Notes under the pieces: generated by a model
The model's database searches: none
What the model was told of the DNA's origin: nothing
The model's input: only the letters and a program-made list of their open reading frames with translations
Made by a program: the position numbers and the translations under genes
Shown here: positions 50,328 to 59,462 of the stretch, piece after piece
How positions within the stretch are numbered: the first letter of the stretch is position 1
Layout: each line of letters begins with the position of its first letter
Source: Candidatus Borrarchaeum weybense
Lineage (GTDB): Archaea > Asgardarchaeota > Sifarchaeia > Borrarchaeales > Borrarchaeaceae
NCBI GenBank assembly: GCA_019057385.1
Contig: JAHQJS010000007.1
Span: 384,001-448,000 of the forward strand
DNA: 64,000 nucleotides
Reading direction: 5' to 3'

Positions 50328-51590
50328 ATAGAGATTAAATTAAAGATAGGTAAGGACTTTAAGACAATATCTATACCAGACGATAAGATCCTTGATGTAT
50401 TAACTGGTCCAGAAATTCCAGAGCTTGACCAAGAGGAAATAAAAGATCAAATAGTAGAGGCCGTCAGAAATTCATTGCCTGAAAACATTGAGACAAAAAA
50501 GATAGTTATTCTAGTTGCTGATCACACAAGGCTTTGGACAAAAGGAAATCTCTATGTACCAGTAATTTTGAACATTCTTCTTGAAGAAGGTGCAATAAAT
50601 GAAAATATAAAAGTTATTATCGCTCTCGGAACGCATGTTGATACACCTATTGAAAGAATGCATGAACTTGTAGGAGAAGAAACGATAAAGAAAGTAGAAG
50701 TTATTAATTCTGCTAATATGAATACTGATCGTCTGACTTATATAGGAAAAACTACCCACGACACGTCATTATATTTGACTAGTGAGGCCTGTGAGGCAGA
50801 CCATATTATAATGTATGGCGGAGTTCTTCACCATGTAATAGCAGGATTTGGTGGGGGTAGAAAATATATACATCCTGGCATAGCAGGTTATGATTCCATT
50901 CAACAAAATCATTCTCTAACGATAAGGGCGGACGGGTCCCTTCATCCAAAAGTATGTCAAGCAATCCTTGAAGGAAACCCAGTTCACGAAGACATGAATG
51001 AAGGTGCTGAGATGTTTCTACGAGATCGTACTTCTCTCCTCATCAATGTAGCTGAGAATGGGGATGGAAAGATATTCTATGTTGCTAAAGGTGACTGGAA
51101 AAAGGCTTTCGCTGAAGGATGCGAACAAGTAAATCGAGCAGGAAGAGTATTTATAAGCCGAAAAGCCGATTTCGTTATTTTCTCAGCTGGAGGGTATGAA
51201 AAAGACGGACAATTATATCAATCTACTAAGGCCTTGTTTAATAGTTATGGTGCAGTGCGAGATGGCGGACAAATTATTATGTTCGCTGAGGCAAGAGAAG
51301 GGATAGGGAATATTGAGTTTGGAGAAGCTCTTAAAACATATAAAGGAAATATGAACGTTCTAGGGAAAAAACTTATAGAAAAATACAGTATGCCGTCATA
51401 TATTGCGTATCGGATTATTGATATCCTGTCACGTTATAACGTAACGCTAGTATCAAACCTTTCACAGGAAGAAACAGAGGCATTCGGTTTTAACTACACT
51501 AATAATATTGATGAATACGTGAAAAATCTTAAGGGGAAAGGATATATCATTCCTTCTGCTGAAAATATTCTACCTCTCATCGAAGAATGA
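50328..51590 (+). CDS. LarA-family nickel-pincer racemase/epimerase; probable ATA start
   Basis: ADHTR, ALGTH, HVIAGFGGGRK, GNPVHED, LYQS; frame open 49 codons upstream of called TTG. Confidence 0.82.
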   Translation: MEIKLKIGKDFKTISIPDDKILDVLTGPEIPELDQEEIKDQIVEAVRNSLPENIETKKIVILVADHTRLWTKGNLYVPVILNILLEEGAINENIKVIIALGTHVDTPIERMHELVGEETIKKVEVINSANMNTDRLTYIGKTTHDTSLYLTSEACEADHIIMYGGVLHHVIAGFGGGRKYIHPGIAGYDSIQQNHSLTIRADGSLHPKVCQAILEGNPVHEDMNEGAEMFLRDRTSLLINVAENGDGKIFYVAKGDWKKAFAEGCEQVNRAGRVFISRKADFVIFSAGGYEKDGQLYQSTKALFNSYGAVRDGGQIIMFAEAREGIGNIEFGEALKTYKGNMNVLGKKLIEKYSMPSYIAYRIIDILSRYNVTLVSNLSQEETEAFGFNYTNNIDEYVKNLKGKGYIIPSAENILPLIEE

Positions 51591-51651
51591 AAAGAGATTT
51601 AATTAATAGTTATCTCTATCCAGAAAGAACTCCATAAACGGGGCATCACTA

Positions 51652-52335
51652 GTGGCAAAAAGAATTGGTATTTTAGGCGGAATAAGCTATGAATCAACGA
51701 TAAAATACTATGAGTTAATCCTTAGAACATATTACGAACAAAATATGGACTATTACTATCCAGAAATTGTAATCTTCAGCCTAGATTTCCAGAAATTCAC
51801 TAATTTTGAAAATGAAAACAAGCGAATGTACATAAAATATATCCTTGAAGGCATTAATTCATTAGAAAAGGCAGGTGCAGAGTTTGTTTTAATGGCAGCT
51901 AATTCACCTCACGCTGTTTTCGAAGAATTGGAAATATTATCAAATATTCCTCTTCTTAGCATAGTTAAAGTATCTGCAGAAAAAGCAAAGCAAGAAGGCA
52001 TGAAAAAACTGTTGCTTCTGGGAATTAAATTTACTATGCAATCTTCATTTTATCAAAATGCTTGTAAGAAACTTGGAATTGAGGTTAAAGTCCCAACAGA
52101 GGACGAACAGAATGATATCAACAGAATAATTTTTGACGAGTTAGTGATAGGTGTTTTCAAGAACGAAAGTAAAAATAGACTTCTAGAGATAATAGGCAAT
52201 TATGAAGTTGATGGCGTTATTTTAGGCTGTACGGAACTACCGTTGATTCTTAAACAAAAAGATGCTGACGTAAAGTTGCTTAATACTTTAAAAATTCACG
52301 CAGAAGCGGCCTTGAATTATTCTTTGTCCTCTTGA
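51652..52335 (+). CDS. Asp/Glu racemase family protein
   Basis: IGILGG, AANSPH, LGCTELP. Confidence 0.88.
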   Translation: MAKRIGILGGISYESTIKYYELILRTYYEQNMDYYYPEIVIFSLDFQKFTNFENENKRMYIKYILEGINSLEKAGAEFVLMAANSPHAVFEELEILSNIPLLSIVKVSAEKAKQEGMKKLLLLGIKFTMQSSFYQNACKKLGIEVKVPTEDEQNDINRIIFDELVIGVFKNESKNRLLEIIGNYEVDGVILGCTELPLILKQKDADVKLLNTLKIHAEAALNYSLSS

Positions 52336-52621
52336 AGGTGAATGCGTACTAAATTCCAAGAAATTAATTGCATGAAAGGGCAGTTTCACGAAATTGCTAT
52401 AATACGTATATCACATAGCTTAACTTTTTTTGAAATACAATACTATGTGATAAGAAAAATGATTAAGAAGCGCTTCGCTAATTTCTTATTAAAATTGAAA
52501 TTTGGCTCCTTTAAGGAACAATATACACAAATAGCAAGTTTAAGTAGTACTGATGATATTAACGGCTATATAACTCATTTTAAAAAACTCCTCTTGCATG
52601 CATATTAAAATGTACACTTCT

Positions 52622-53293
52622 CTACAAAAAGTCAAATCCAATTGATGAGAGAAATCGCAGGAGAACCTTTTTCACATTTTCACCTGAAAGTTCAGAGATG
52701 GGAAACGTGCCCAAGTAACTTGGACGAGTCCATAATTGCAAACGCTTACGTAATTCATGTGCTGGAATAGCCGTCTGAAGATCTTGTTTATTCGCGCAGA
52801 TAATGTATGGTTTTTTGATTTTTGTTTCGATGATGTCAAGTATTCTTCTTGCTTCTTTTAAGTAATTATCATCTGAAGTTTTACACGAGTCAAGAACTAC
52901 AATGACGCCTCGTGCACCAGCCCACCATATATTCCATAGATTTTGGTATCTTTCTTGTCCACCGAGTTCCCAATGTACAAATTCCAGTTCATGTTCATGT
53001 TTATTTGTTCCTGTTTTTCTTAAAGAAAATTTATAAAACGCCACTCCAGGTGTGGGCTTATACACAGACGCTTCTTTTTTGTGATCTTTATCAACGCTAG
53101 AATTTCTTCCAACAGAGGTGGGATTACGCTTGGATGTCTCATAGCCACCCTCATAAGCCTTTCTTTCACCGTTGAAAATTTCTTCGAGACGGCTGCCTAA
53201 CTCTGATTTACCAGCATTTGCTGGGCCCATTAACAATATTTTAATCACGTCTTCTTTTCCAAGTGGCGGTGAACGTTTATCATTAACTGCCAT
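52622..53293 (-). CDS. Atypical Arf/MglA-like small GTPase
   Basis: GPANAGKS, PTPG, WELGGQERY, ANKQD, ISEL. Confidence 0.85.
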   Translation of the reverse strand: MAVNDKRSPPLGKEDVIKILLMGPANAGKSELGSRLEEIFNGERKAYEGGYETSKRNPTSVGRNSSVDKDHKKEASVYKPTPGVAFYKFSLRKTGTNKHEHELEFVHWELGGQERYQNLWNIWWAGARGVIVVLDSCKTSDDNYLKEARRILDIIETKIKKPYIICANKQDLQTAIPAHELRKRLQLWTRPSYLGTFPISELSGENVKKVLLRFLSSIGFDFL

Positions 53294-53814
53294 TCGAATT
53301 CCGCTCTGTATTTATATTATGGGGCTAGCCTTCGTTTTTAGAATAAAAATAGCACCATATTATATAAATCCCATACACAAAGAAGCCTGTTGTTGTTCTA
53401 TTATAGTCGTGGGTCATCATATTCACTCAGTTATTCAAAAACTATCAGTGGTCGCAATAAAGTGGAAAAAATCAGTGATTTTGATCTCTTTCAACTTTAA
53501 AACGCGGCATCTGGCATGACACTCTAGCACCATTATAGGATTGATCTGTTTTTCCATCATATTGCAATTTTTTGTTAAAATATCGGAATGATTGAAGGGC
53601 GGTTTCGTGAAATTCAAGTGGTTTAAACCTGCCTAATTTACCTATACGGGTTCTCTTTATTCTTCTTATCAATTTCGAATTTATAGCGCACTAATTTGCT
53701 TTTCTATTTCTCAAGCATCTAAAAGTATTGATGATAAATTTACCAGAATTTTTATTATTCTTGAGTGAATGGATAATTCGAAGGGAAGTATATACACCAT
53801 AAGGATAAATCAAT

Positions 53815-56800
53815 ATGAGAAAGAATTATATTTTCATCATCGTTCTGATCAGTCTATTAGCATCTAGTATGATTGTTAACGATGCGATGCGTGTTTATGC
53901 TCAGACTGATATTGAGGATTTCGTTGATAACAATTCAAGTGATATAGACACTTCACCAGATATAGGCAATCATTATGATTTTGATAAAGAGAAAGCCAAT
54001 GATTCTGATTTTGATACCTTAAATGAATCCTTAATTGTGACTCCTCCCATAAAAGATTTCGTTGATAACAATTCAAGTGACGTAGATTCTTCTTCGAATT
54101 TAGGGGCGCATTCTAATTTTACAGCCATGCAATATGGTCCAGACTCAATATATGATAACATAACTGAGGTGAATAACGCTGGCATGGTCAATACGACGCT
54201 CATTGATGCAGAATCCTTTGAAGGAGCTTGGCCTCCATCTGATCCATCTGACTGGACTGAAACTGGACGATGGAACAAAGAAAGCGATTTTGTGCCTTCT
54301 GGTGGTGGAACCTATTCAGCGGATATTGAACATTCTGGGGGTTATTATTCAGAGTCAGGAGATTTGATCACCGCTGATTTAGATTGCTCTGATGCGGCAG
54401 CAATATATGTGAGTTTCTATTTTAGAGAAGCCGTTAGCGCGGATACCGAGTTTCAGCTATACTTTTGGAATGGGGCGACGTGGGTTAACATCGAAGATTT
54501 GGGTCAGGGTTATTCGCCAGGTTGGAACCTTTGGGAAATGGAAGTCACCGACAGTCAATATTTCAAGTCAGATTTCAAAATTCGTTGGAGAGCAAATGCG
54601 ATTGAGAGCGGTGAAAACGCGAATGTTGATTTGGTTACCGTAAAAAAGGAAACACCCCTCCCCGATAATTACGCATTAAATTTAGAAGTACAATTTACTG
54701 CAGTTCCCTATTCTCTAGCCAGTGAAACACTCTGTATCTATATGGGTTATAATGGCACTGAAGCTATTAGGGTAGATTATTGGAATGGAACTGGCTGGGA
54801 GAATGTTTTCACGTATTTAAATAACAGTTCTTGGAATAACGCATCAGTCTCAGTAACGAATTCTAATTTTACCATTAGATTTAATGGCACTATAGAATCA
54901 GGTGATACCACGCAGGATTATTATCTGATAGATTGTGTTATTTTGAGACTTGAGGGTGATGGCCATAACGAATTTGTTGTTCAAAATCAAGATTCGGATG
55001 TTGATGGAACTGGGGATGCAGGAGAAATTATTGATTTCTCCAATATGACTGCTTCCGACACTAATATGACCCTTTTGAACGAGACAATTGAAACTGGCGG
55101 CGATCCCAACGAATATTCTATTGATTTGACTGGCGGATATATTAGTTGCGCTACTGCTGATATAGGTGTAGCAGCTGGAACTATTTCATTCTGGATTCAA
55201 TTTGATTCGACAACTTCAGGCAGACCCGTTGGAATGAATGGCAATGAAGAATTAAGACTTAGTAATAGCATTTTATATGCTGATTGGGGAGAAAGCGGAC
55301 CAAGTTTTACTTCTGATACTACCTTTACAATAGGTACATGGTATTTCGTGGCAGTCACATGGGATGAAACAGCAAACGATCTTTTTCTATATGTTGGAAC
55401 AGAAACAACAACACCTTCTTTAGATGCAGGTAGTTCCGCTGCGGGAAGTTGGACAGGAACGACATCAACTATTCCTCAAGCTGCAGTCTATTGGGGAAAT
55501 GGATATGGTTTTTCTGAACCAGTAAATGGGCACATGGATGATATACGTTTTTACGATACAGTAAGAACCTTGAGCGAAATCCGTAGTGATTATAACCAGA
55601 CTCTAACAGGAACTGAAACAGATCTCGTGAATTATTATAAATTAGAGAATGATTATACCGATTCTGCTGCTGGAAATGATGATGGGACTCTTTCTGGCTC
55701 TGGTGCTTTCTCAACCGATGTACCCTCATGGGAGGTTGGTAGTGGTGGTACTAATTTTATTTTAGACCAAGAAGTTCAATGGACTAATATTCCCTCGAAT
55801 TTGCTAAATGAGTATCTATGTATAAAAACGGGAACGTTTTCAGGAACGGAGAAGATATTGGTTGATGCCTGGAATGGAACTGACTGGGAAAACCTCTTTG
55901 ACGATTTGGACGCTAACTGGAATAATGTTTCAATTGCTGATTACCTGACTAGTTCCACTTTTACCATAAGATTTAGGGATGACAACACCACAGAAGATAG
56001 CAGCATTCATGATACATGGGAAATCGATGTTGCACTAATTCACATTTGGAACGAAGACGAGGTTTACAAATTAGACCTAGAGGTTCAATTTGAAGAACCG
56101 CTATTTGCTGATGAATATTTTGAAAAATTATGTATAAAAACAGGAGCATTCTCAGGAATAGAGGATCTTTTAGTTGATGTATGGGATGGTTCACAATGGC
56201 AGGAGGTTCCTGATTTAAATCCATTAAATCCAAATGTTTGGAATAATGCGAGTGTCGCATCATATCTAATAAGCAGTACGGAGAACTTCACAATTCGGTA
56301 TAGGGGAGGTTCTGAGACTTCAGACGATGTACCGGATACATGGCAAATAGATGCTGTTTTACTACATACTTACACTCCATTTGATGATGCGCCCCCAAAC
56401 ATTTCTTGGGGATCAAATCAATTTACAAATGATATAGGAACTCACCAGGTTCATATAGATGTTGACGCAGAAGATATATATTTCGGATCTGGTATTGATA
56501 CGGTTTGGTATCGCATTTGGAACGTTTCATCTGGAATCGAATGGGTTCCTGATCATAATAATGTTTCTTTATCCTTGTCTTCTGGTTATGAGATCGATAT
56601 CAATGTTTCAACTTGGCATCCCTCAACTGAGTACTATGTAGAGGCGTTTGCGACTGACAACTCAGCCCTGAAAAATGAAAATACTACTCAAAATATCACT
56701 GGAGATGAATACAGGTACTTCACGATTGTACACGGCATTGACGTGAGTCAACCAACGGTAACTTACTCGGGGGGTTCAATACAAGAACTAGACATTTCTG

Positions 56801-58410
56801 TTGCAAACGTTAGCTGTAGTTATGCAGCACATGGACCGTTAACTATCAGCAACACCGCACCAGACGTTCATAACTACACAATTTATACTATTGGAGAATT
56901 ATCAACAGGTATTACTGGATTTTTATATCCTTATCAAGAGATGTGGCAAGCTTTCGATGTTGACATCTCTAGTCTGCCTGATGGCGATTATTATGTTCAA
57001 TGCGATTTTGAAGATTCGTGGGGACATACGGGGACAAGCCCCCCTTCCATCAGTTTCACAAAAACAACTGATACCAGCAATGGTGGAGGCAATGGTGGCG
57101 GAGATGGTTCTAGTGATGGAGGTGGTAGCGATGGAACAAGCACGAATACCTTCCTTCTCAATTTCCTGAACAATTTTTACGGCACTAAGCCTGGCCAAAC
57201 AGTAACATTATCAGGAACTATCAGTTCAAATGAAAATGGAAAACTTCTAACGATCACCTTTGAGGGTGAAACGTACACGGCGTATACATTCAATAATGGT
57301 GAATTCGAAGTTACGCTCACGGCACCAAATACCTATGGCAGTTACACTGTTACTGCAAAATTTGCAGGCGATTCAAGCTGGGAAAGTACGAGTACGACTT
57401 GTCAACTCCTTGTTGTAGAAAAAGAAACACAAATGACTATTGATATCGATGGTAACCTAGCTATTGGCGAGCAAATTACGATCCAAACTACCTTGACAAC
57501 AGAAAATGGAGATCTAATGCCTGGTGAGAAGATCACCATCTATATCTATGAGCGAACAAATTCCGTCTCAACTAGTACGCTCTTGACGTCTTCAGGTGTA
57601 AGAGTGTTTTCGGTAGATACACGATATTGGGATTTAATCGCAACATATGAGATTACAACCGATGAGAATGGCAAAGCGACTATTGAGTTGACGATTTCTA
57701 CTGATCAGGATGTACAGATCGTAGCAGAATACGCAGGCAAAATTGAAGGCGAAGGCGGAGAGAACTTAGGTCCATCAATTGTAACATATGTGGAAGGCGA
57801 AACAGGGCCTTTTATTTTAATGTCAAGTGAAATGTTGTATCTTTTCGGAGGAATATTGGCAACAGTCTTAGTGATAGGCTTAATTGTAGTGAAGAAAACG
57901 GATCTCCTTTCAGTTATTATCCAACGGGAGAAAATAGAAGAGACTGTTATACTATCACAAGATCTACTTGATCCAACTCGTTTCGGAATAAAAGCGGTAT
58001 TTATGATTGTGTTTGATCCAGTTATAGGCCCTATGATTAAAGAAAGTCGATTTTTTGATTTTCAAGTTGAGTTTTTCAACGACCTTAAGGATCCTTCAAA
58101 GCTTACACTCTTTTATTCAATGAGTGCAACAAAAGAGCAGTTTAAACTTGAAGAAAAGAATGAACACATTTTTGTAAAATCTGCAACAACATTGATAATC
58201 AATGAAGCAGATATGACAGTTTCTGGCGAAACAGTAGCTCCAAACCTGATCATAGTAATTGCAAAGAAAGGATGTAATGAGAATTTTGTGTGGAAGTTCA
58301 TAAATACAGTCTTGGTAGGATGGTCTGACCATCAGGGATATCTGGTACATCAAATGGATCGTTTGGATTCTGAAAATATGATAGATTTAGGTATCCTCAG
58401 TCTTTTTTAA
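53815..58410 (+). CDS. Giant single-pass surface glycoprotein (LamG-like and Ig-like domains) with cytoplasmic longin/uDENN-like tail
   Basis: Signal peptide, WYFVAVTW..GHMDDIRFY LamG motif, internal repeats, Gly linker, TM, VFDPVIGP. Confidence 0.8.
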   Translation: MRKNYIFIIVLISLLASSMIVNDAMRVYAQTDIEDFVDNNSSDIDTSPDIGNHYDFDKEKANDSDFDTLNESLIVTPPIKDFVDNNSSDVDSSSNLGAHSNFTAMQYGPDSIYDNITEVNNAGMVNTTLIDAESFEGAWPPSDPSDWTETGRWNKESDFVPSGGGTYSADIEHSGGYYSESGDLITADLDCSDAAAIYVSFYFREAVSADTEFQLYFWNGATWVNIEDLGQGYSPGWNLWEMEVTDSQYFKSDFKIRWRANAIESGENANVDLVTVKKETPLPDNYALNLEVQFTAVPYSLASETLCIYMGYNGTEAIRVDYWNGTGWENVFTYLNNSSWNNASVSVTNSNFTIRFNGTIESGDTTQDYYLIDCVILRLEGDGHNEFVVQNQDSDVDGTGDAGEIIDFSNMTASDTNMTLLNETIETGGDPNEYSIDLTGGYISCATADIGVAAGTISFWIQFDSTTSGRPVGMNGNEELRLSNSILYADWGESGPSFTSDTTFTIGTWYFVAVTWDETANDLFLYVGTETTTPSLDAGSSAAGSWTGTTSTIPQAAVYWGNGYGFSEPVNGHMDDIRFYDTVRTLSEIRSDYNQTLTGTETDLVNYYKLENDYTDSAAGNDDGTLSGSGAFSTDVPSWEVGSGGTNFILDQEVQWTNIPSNLLNEYLCIKTGTFSGTEKILVDAWNGTDWENLFDDLDANWNNVSIADYLTSSTFTIRFRDDNTTEDSSIHDTWEIDVALIHIWNEDEVYKLDLEVQFEEPLFADEYFEKLCIKTGAFSGIEDLLVDVWDGSQWQEVPDLNPLNPNVWNNASVASYLISSTENFTIRYRGGSETSDDVPDTWQIDAVLLHTYTPFDDAPPNISWGSNQFTNDIGTHQVHIDVDAEDIYFGSGIDTVWYRIWNVSSGIEWVPDHNNVSLSLSSGYEIDINVSTWHPSTEYYVEAFATDNSALKNENTTQNITGDEYRYFTIVHGIDVSQPTVTYSGGSIQELDISVANVSCSYAAHGPLTISNTAPDVHNYTIYTIGELSTGITGFLYPYQEMWQAFDVDISSLPDGDYYVQCDFEDSWGHTGTSPPSISFTKTTDTSNGGGNGGGDGSSDGGGSDGTSTNTFLLNFLNNFYGTKPGQTVTLSGTISSNENGKLLTITFEGETYTAYTFNNGEFEVTLTAPNTYGSYTVTAKFAGDSSWESTSTTCQLLVVEKETQMTIDIDGNLAIGEQITIQTTLTTENGDLMPGEKITIYIYERTNSVSTSTLLTSSGVRVFSVDTRYWDLIATYEITTDENGKATIELTISTDQDVQIVAEYAGKIEGEGGENLGPSIVTYVEGETGPFILMSSEMLYLFGGILATVLVIGLIVVKKTDLLSVIIQREKIEETVILSQDLLDPTRFGIKAVFMIVFDPVIGPMIKESRFFDFQVEFFNDLKDPSKLTLFYSMSATKEQFKLEEKNEHIFVKSATTLIINEADMTVSGETVAPNLIIVIAKKGCNENFVWKFINTVLVGWSDHQGYLVHQMDRLDSENMIDLGILSLF

Positions 58411-58542
58411 TTGGAATAAAACGATCTAGCGTGTTTCTGTTTTTTCTGTTTTATCTTTTTTTAAGAAGAAGGGAACAATGGGACAACTGCATTCTCATCA
58501 AATTAAAAAAGGAGTTAGTTGTGTGCTATTTTTCCACTTCAT

Positions 58543-58947
58543 AAGATTACCTCAAGGAGACCCCCCAACGTGTTGGGGAGAGAAATTGAGGTCAGGTATT
58601 TGACCATACAACCCTTTCTGCGGGGACAGGGGTTGGTGTACCCGATCTCGGGTGGTGTTTTAATGACGGGTACTCTCAAGTTCCGTCGCTCCCAACACCA
58701 GGGAGTTGGTTCTCTTCGCCAAGGTTATCAGTCAGTATTATACGGTGATCACTGAGAGTTTCCTCTCTGTTTAAACCACCGTTTACAGAGCAAGGGACTA
58801 GAGAAGCATCCCTTGGTGTGTTCTTTAACTCTCCTGGTAACGTAGATACCGCCATGGTTGTTTCACCACGACCTCTCTTAGGCTAATCAACCAATTGCCC
58901 TTGATCCTCACGGAACAAGCCCCTTAACAAGTTAAGGGGTGATTGAC
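58543..58947 (-). mobile_element. Non-autonomous IscB-type IS200/IS605 element (405 bp), second copy
   Basis: Colinear with 29670..30075; followed by ATGA. Confidence 0.88.
58655..58947 (-). ncRNA. HEARO / IscB omegaRNA scaffold, copy 2
   Basis: Same motifs as copy 1 with stem-preserving substitutions. Confidence 0.8.
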
Positions 58948-59060
58948 AACCTTCTTCTTCCCACTCATGTATCCTATGTTTGAGGCTTTTCACATTTCTA
59001 TAGCCGTATGCTTTTAGAAATAGTGTTGCATGAGCACTCTATGACCACTTCCGGCAATAT

Positions 59061-59265
59061 GTGAGCTACCTCGTGCTAAAGCATCGAGGCTTCCTGCTTC
59101 TACGACAGACTCGATCCCCTTGCGGGTTACAGAGGGGTTATCTCCACAGGCGTAAATCCCCTACGCCCCGTAGGTACTCATAGGGGATATTACAAAAAAA
59201 ACTATATAAACACCATACAATTCATCATTAGGCCAAAGCATTGGTGCTTTCTTGCTTAATTGTCT
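59061..59265 (-). mobile_element. 205-bp TnpB-type element: left end, TATA box, omegaRNA, right end
   Basis: TTAC|agacaattaagcaagAAAGcacc..; TTTATATA 59210-59203; gtacctacggggcgtagggg..cctgtggag..GAAGcctcgatgctttagcacgaggtagcTCAC. Confidence 0.82.
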
Positions 59266-59435
59266 GTAATAATTTCAGTATCTTTGTCCTTAGAGTACGA
59301 GTTTTTTTAAAAAAAATATATTTAAAGTAAAAACTTGAGAAAATTGTTTTATAACAAGATTGATCTTCGAATATCGCAGTTATTATCGCGATTTTCTCAG
59401 ATCACTAAAGAATAATTGATCATTGAATTTTTGAT

Positions 59436-59462
59436 TCACGGCTTAAGCGTGAGGTAGTTCAT
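59436..59462 (+). mobile_element. IS200/IS605 right-end remnant
   Basis: tcacggcttaagcgtgaggtagttca, similar to 29621..29647. Confidence 0.6.

Larger units (their letters stand above)
58526..59295 (-). pseudogene. Rhodanese-domain gene remnant split by two insertions
   Basis: Joined flanks read KDKDTEIIT|YCR(SGHR, frameshifted)SAHATLFLKAYGYRNVKSLKHRIHEWEEEG|YEVEK*. Confidence 0.75.

Noticed and set aside
52342-52608. 88-aa ORF
   Set aside because: No recognisable motif; likely spurious in AT-rich DNA
53172-53672. Short ORFs between the GTPase and the giant gene
   Set aside because: Mutually overlapping, no motifs; probably a divergent promoter region
58519-58755. 78-aa ORF
   Set aside because: Antisense to the omegaRNA element; no protein features
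16083-59462. Repeated palindromes as a CRISPR array or REP system
   Set aside because: Dispersed, no regular spacers, no cas genes; explained as IS200/IS605 ends
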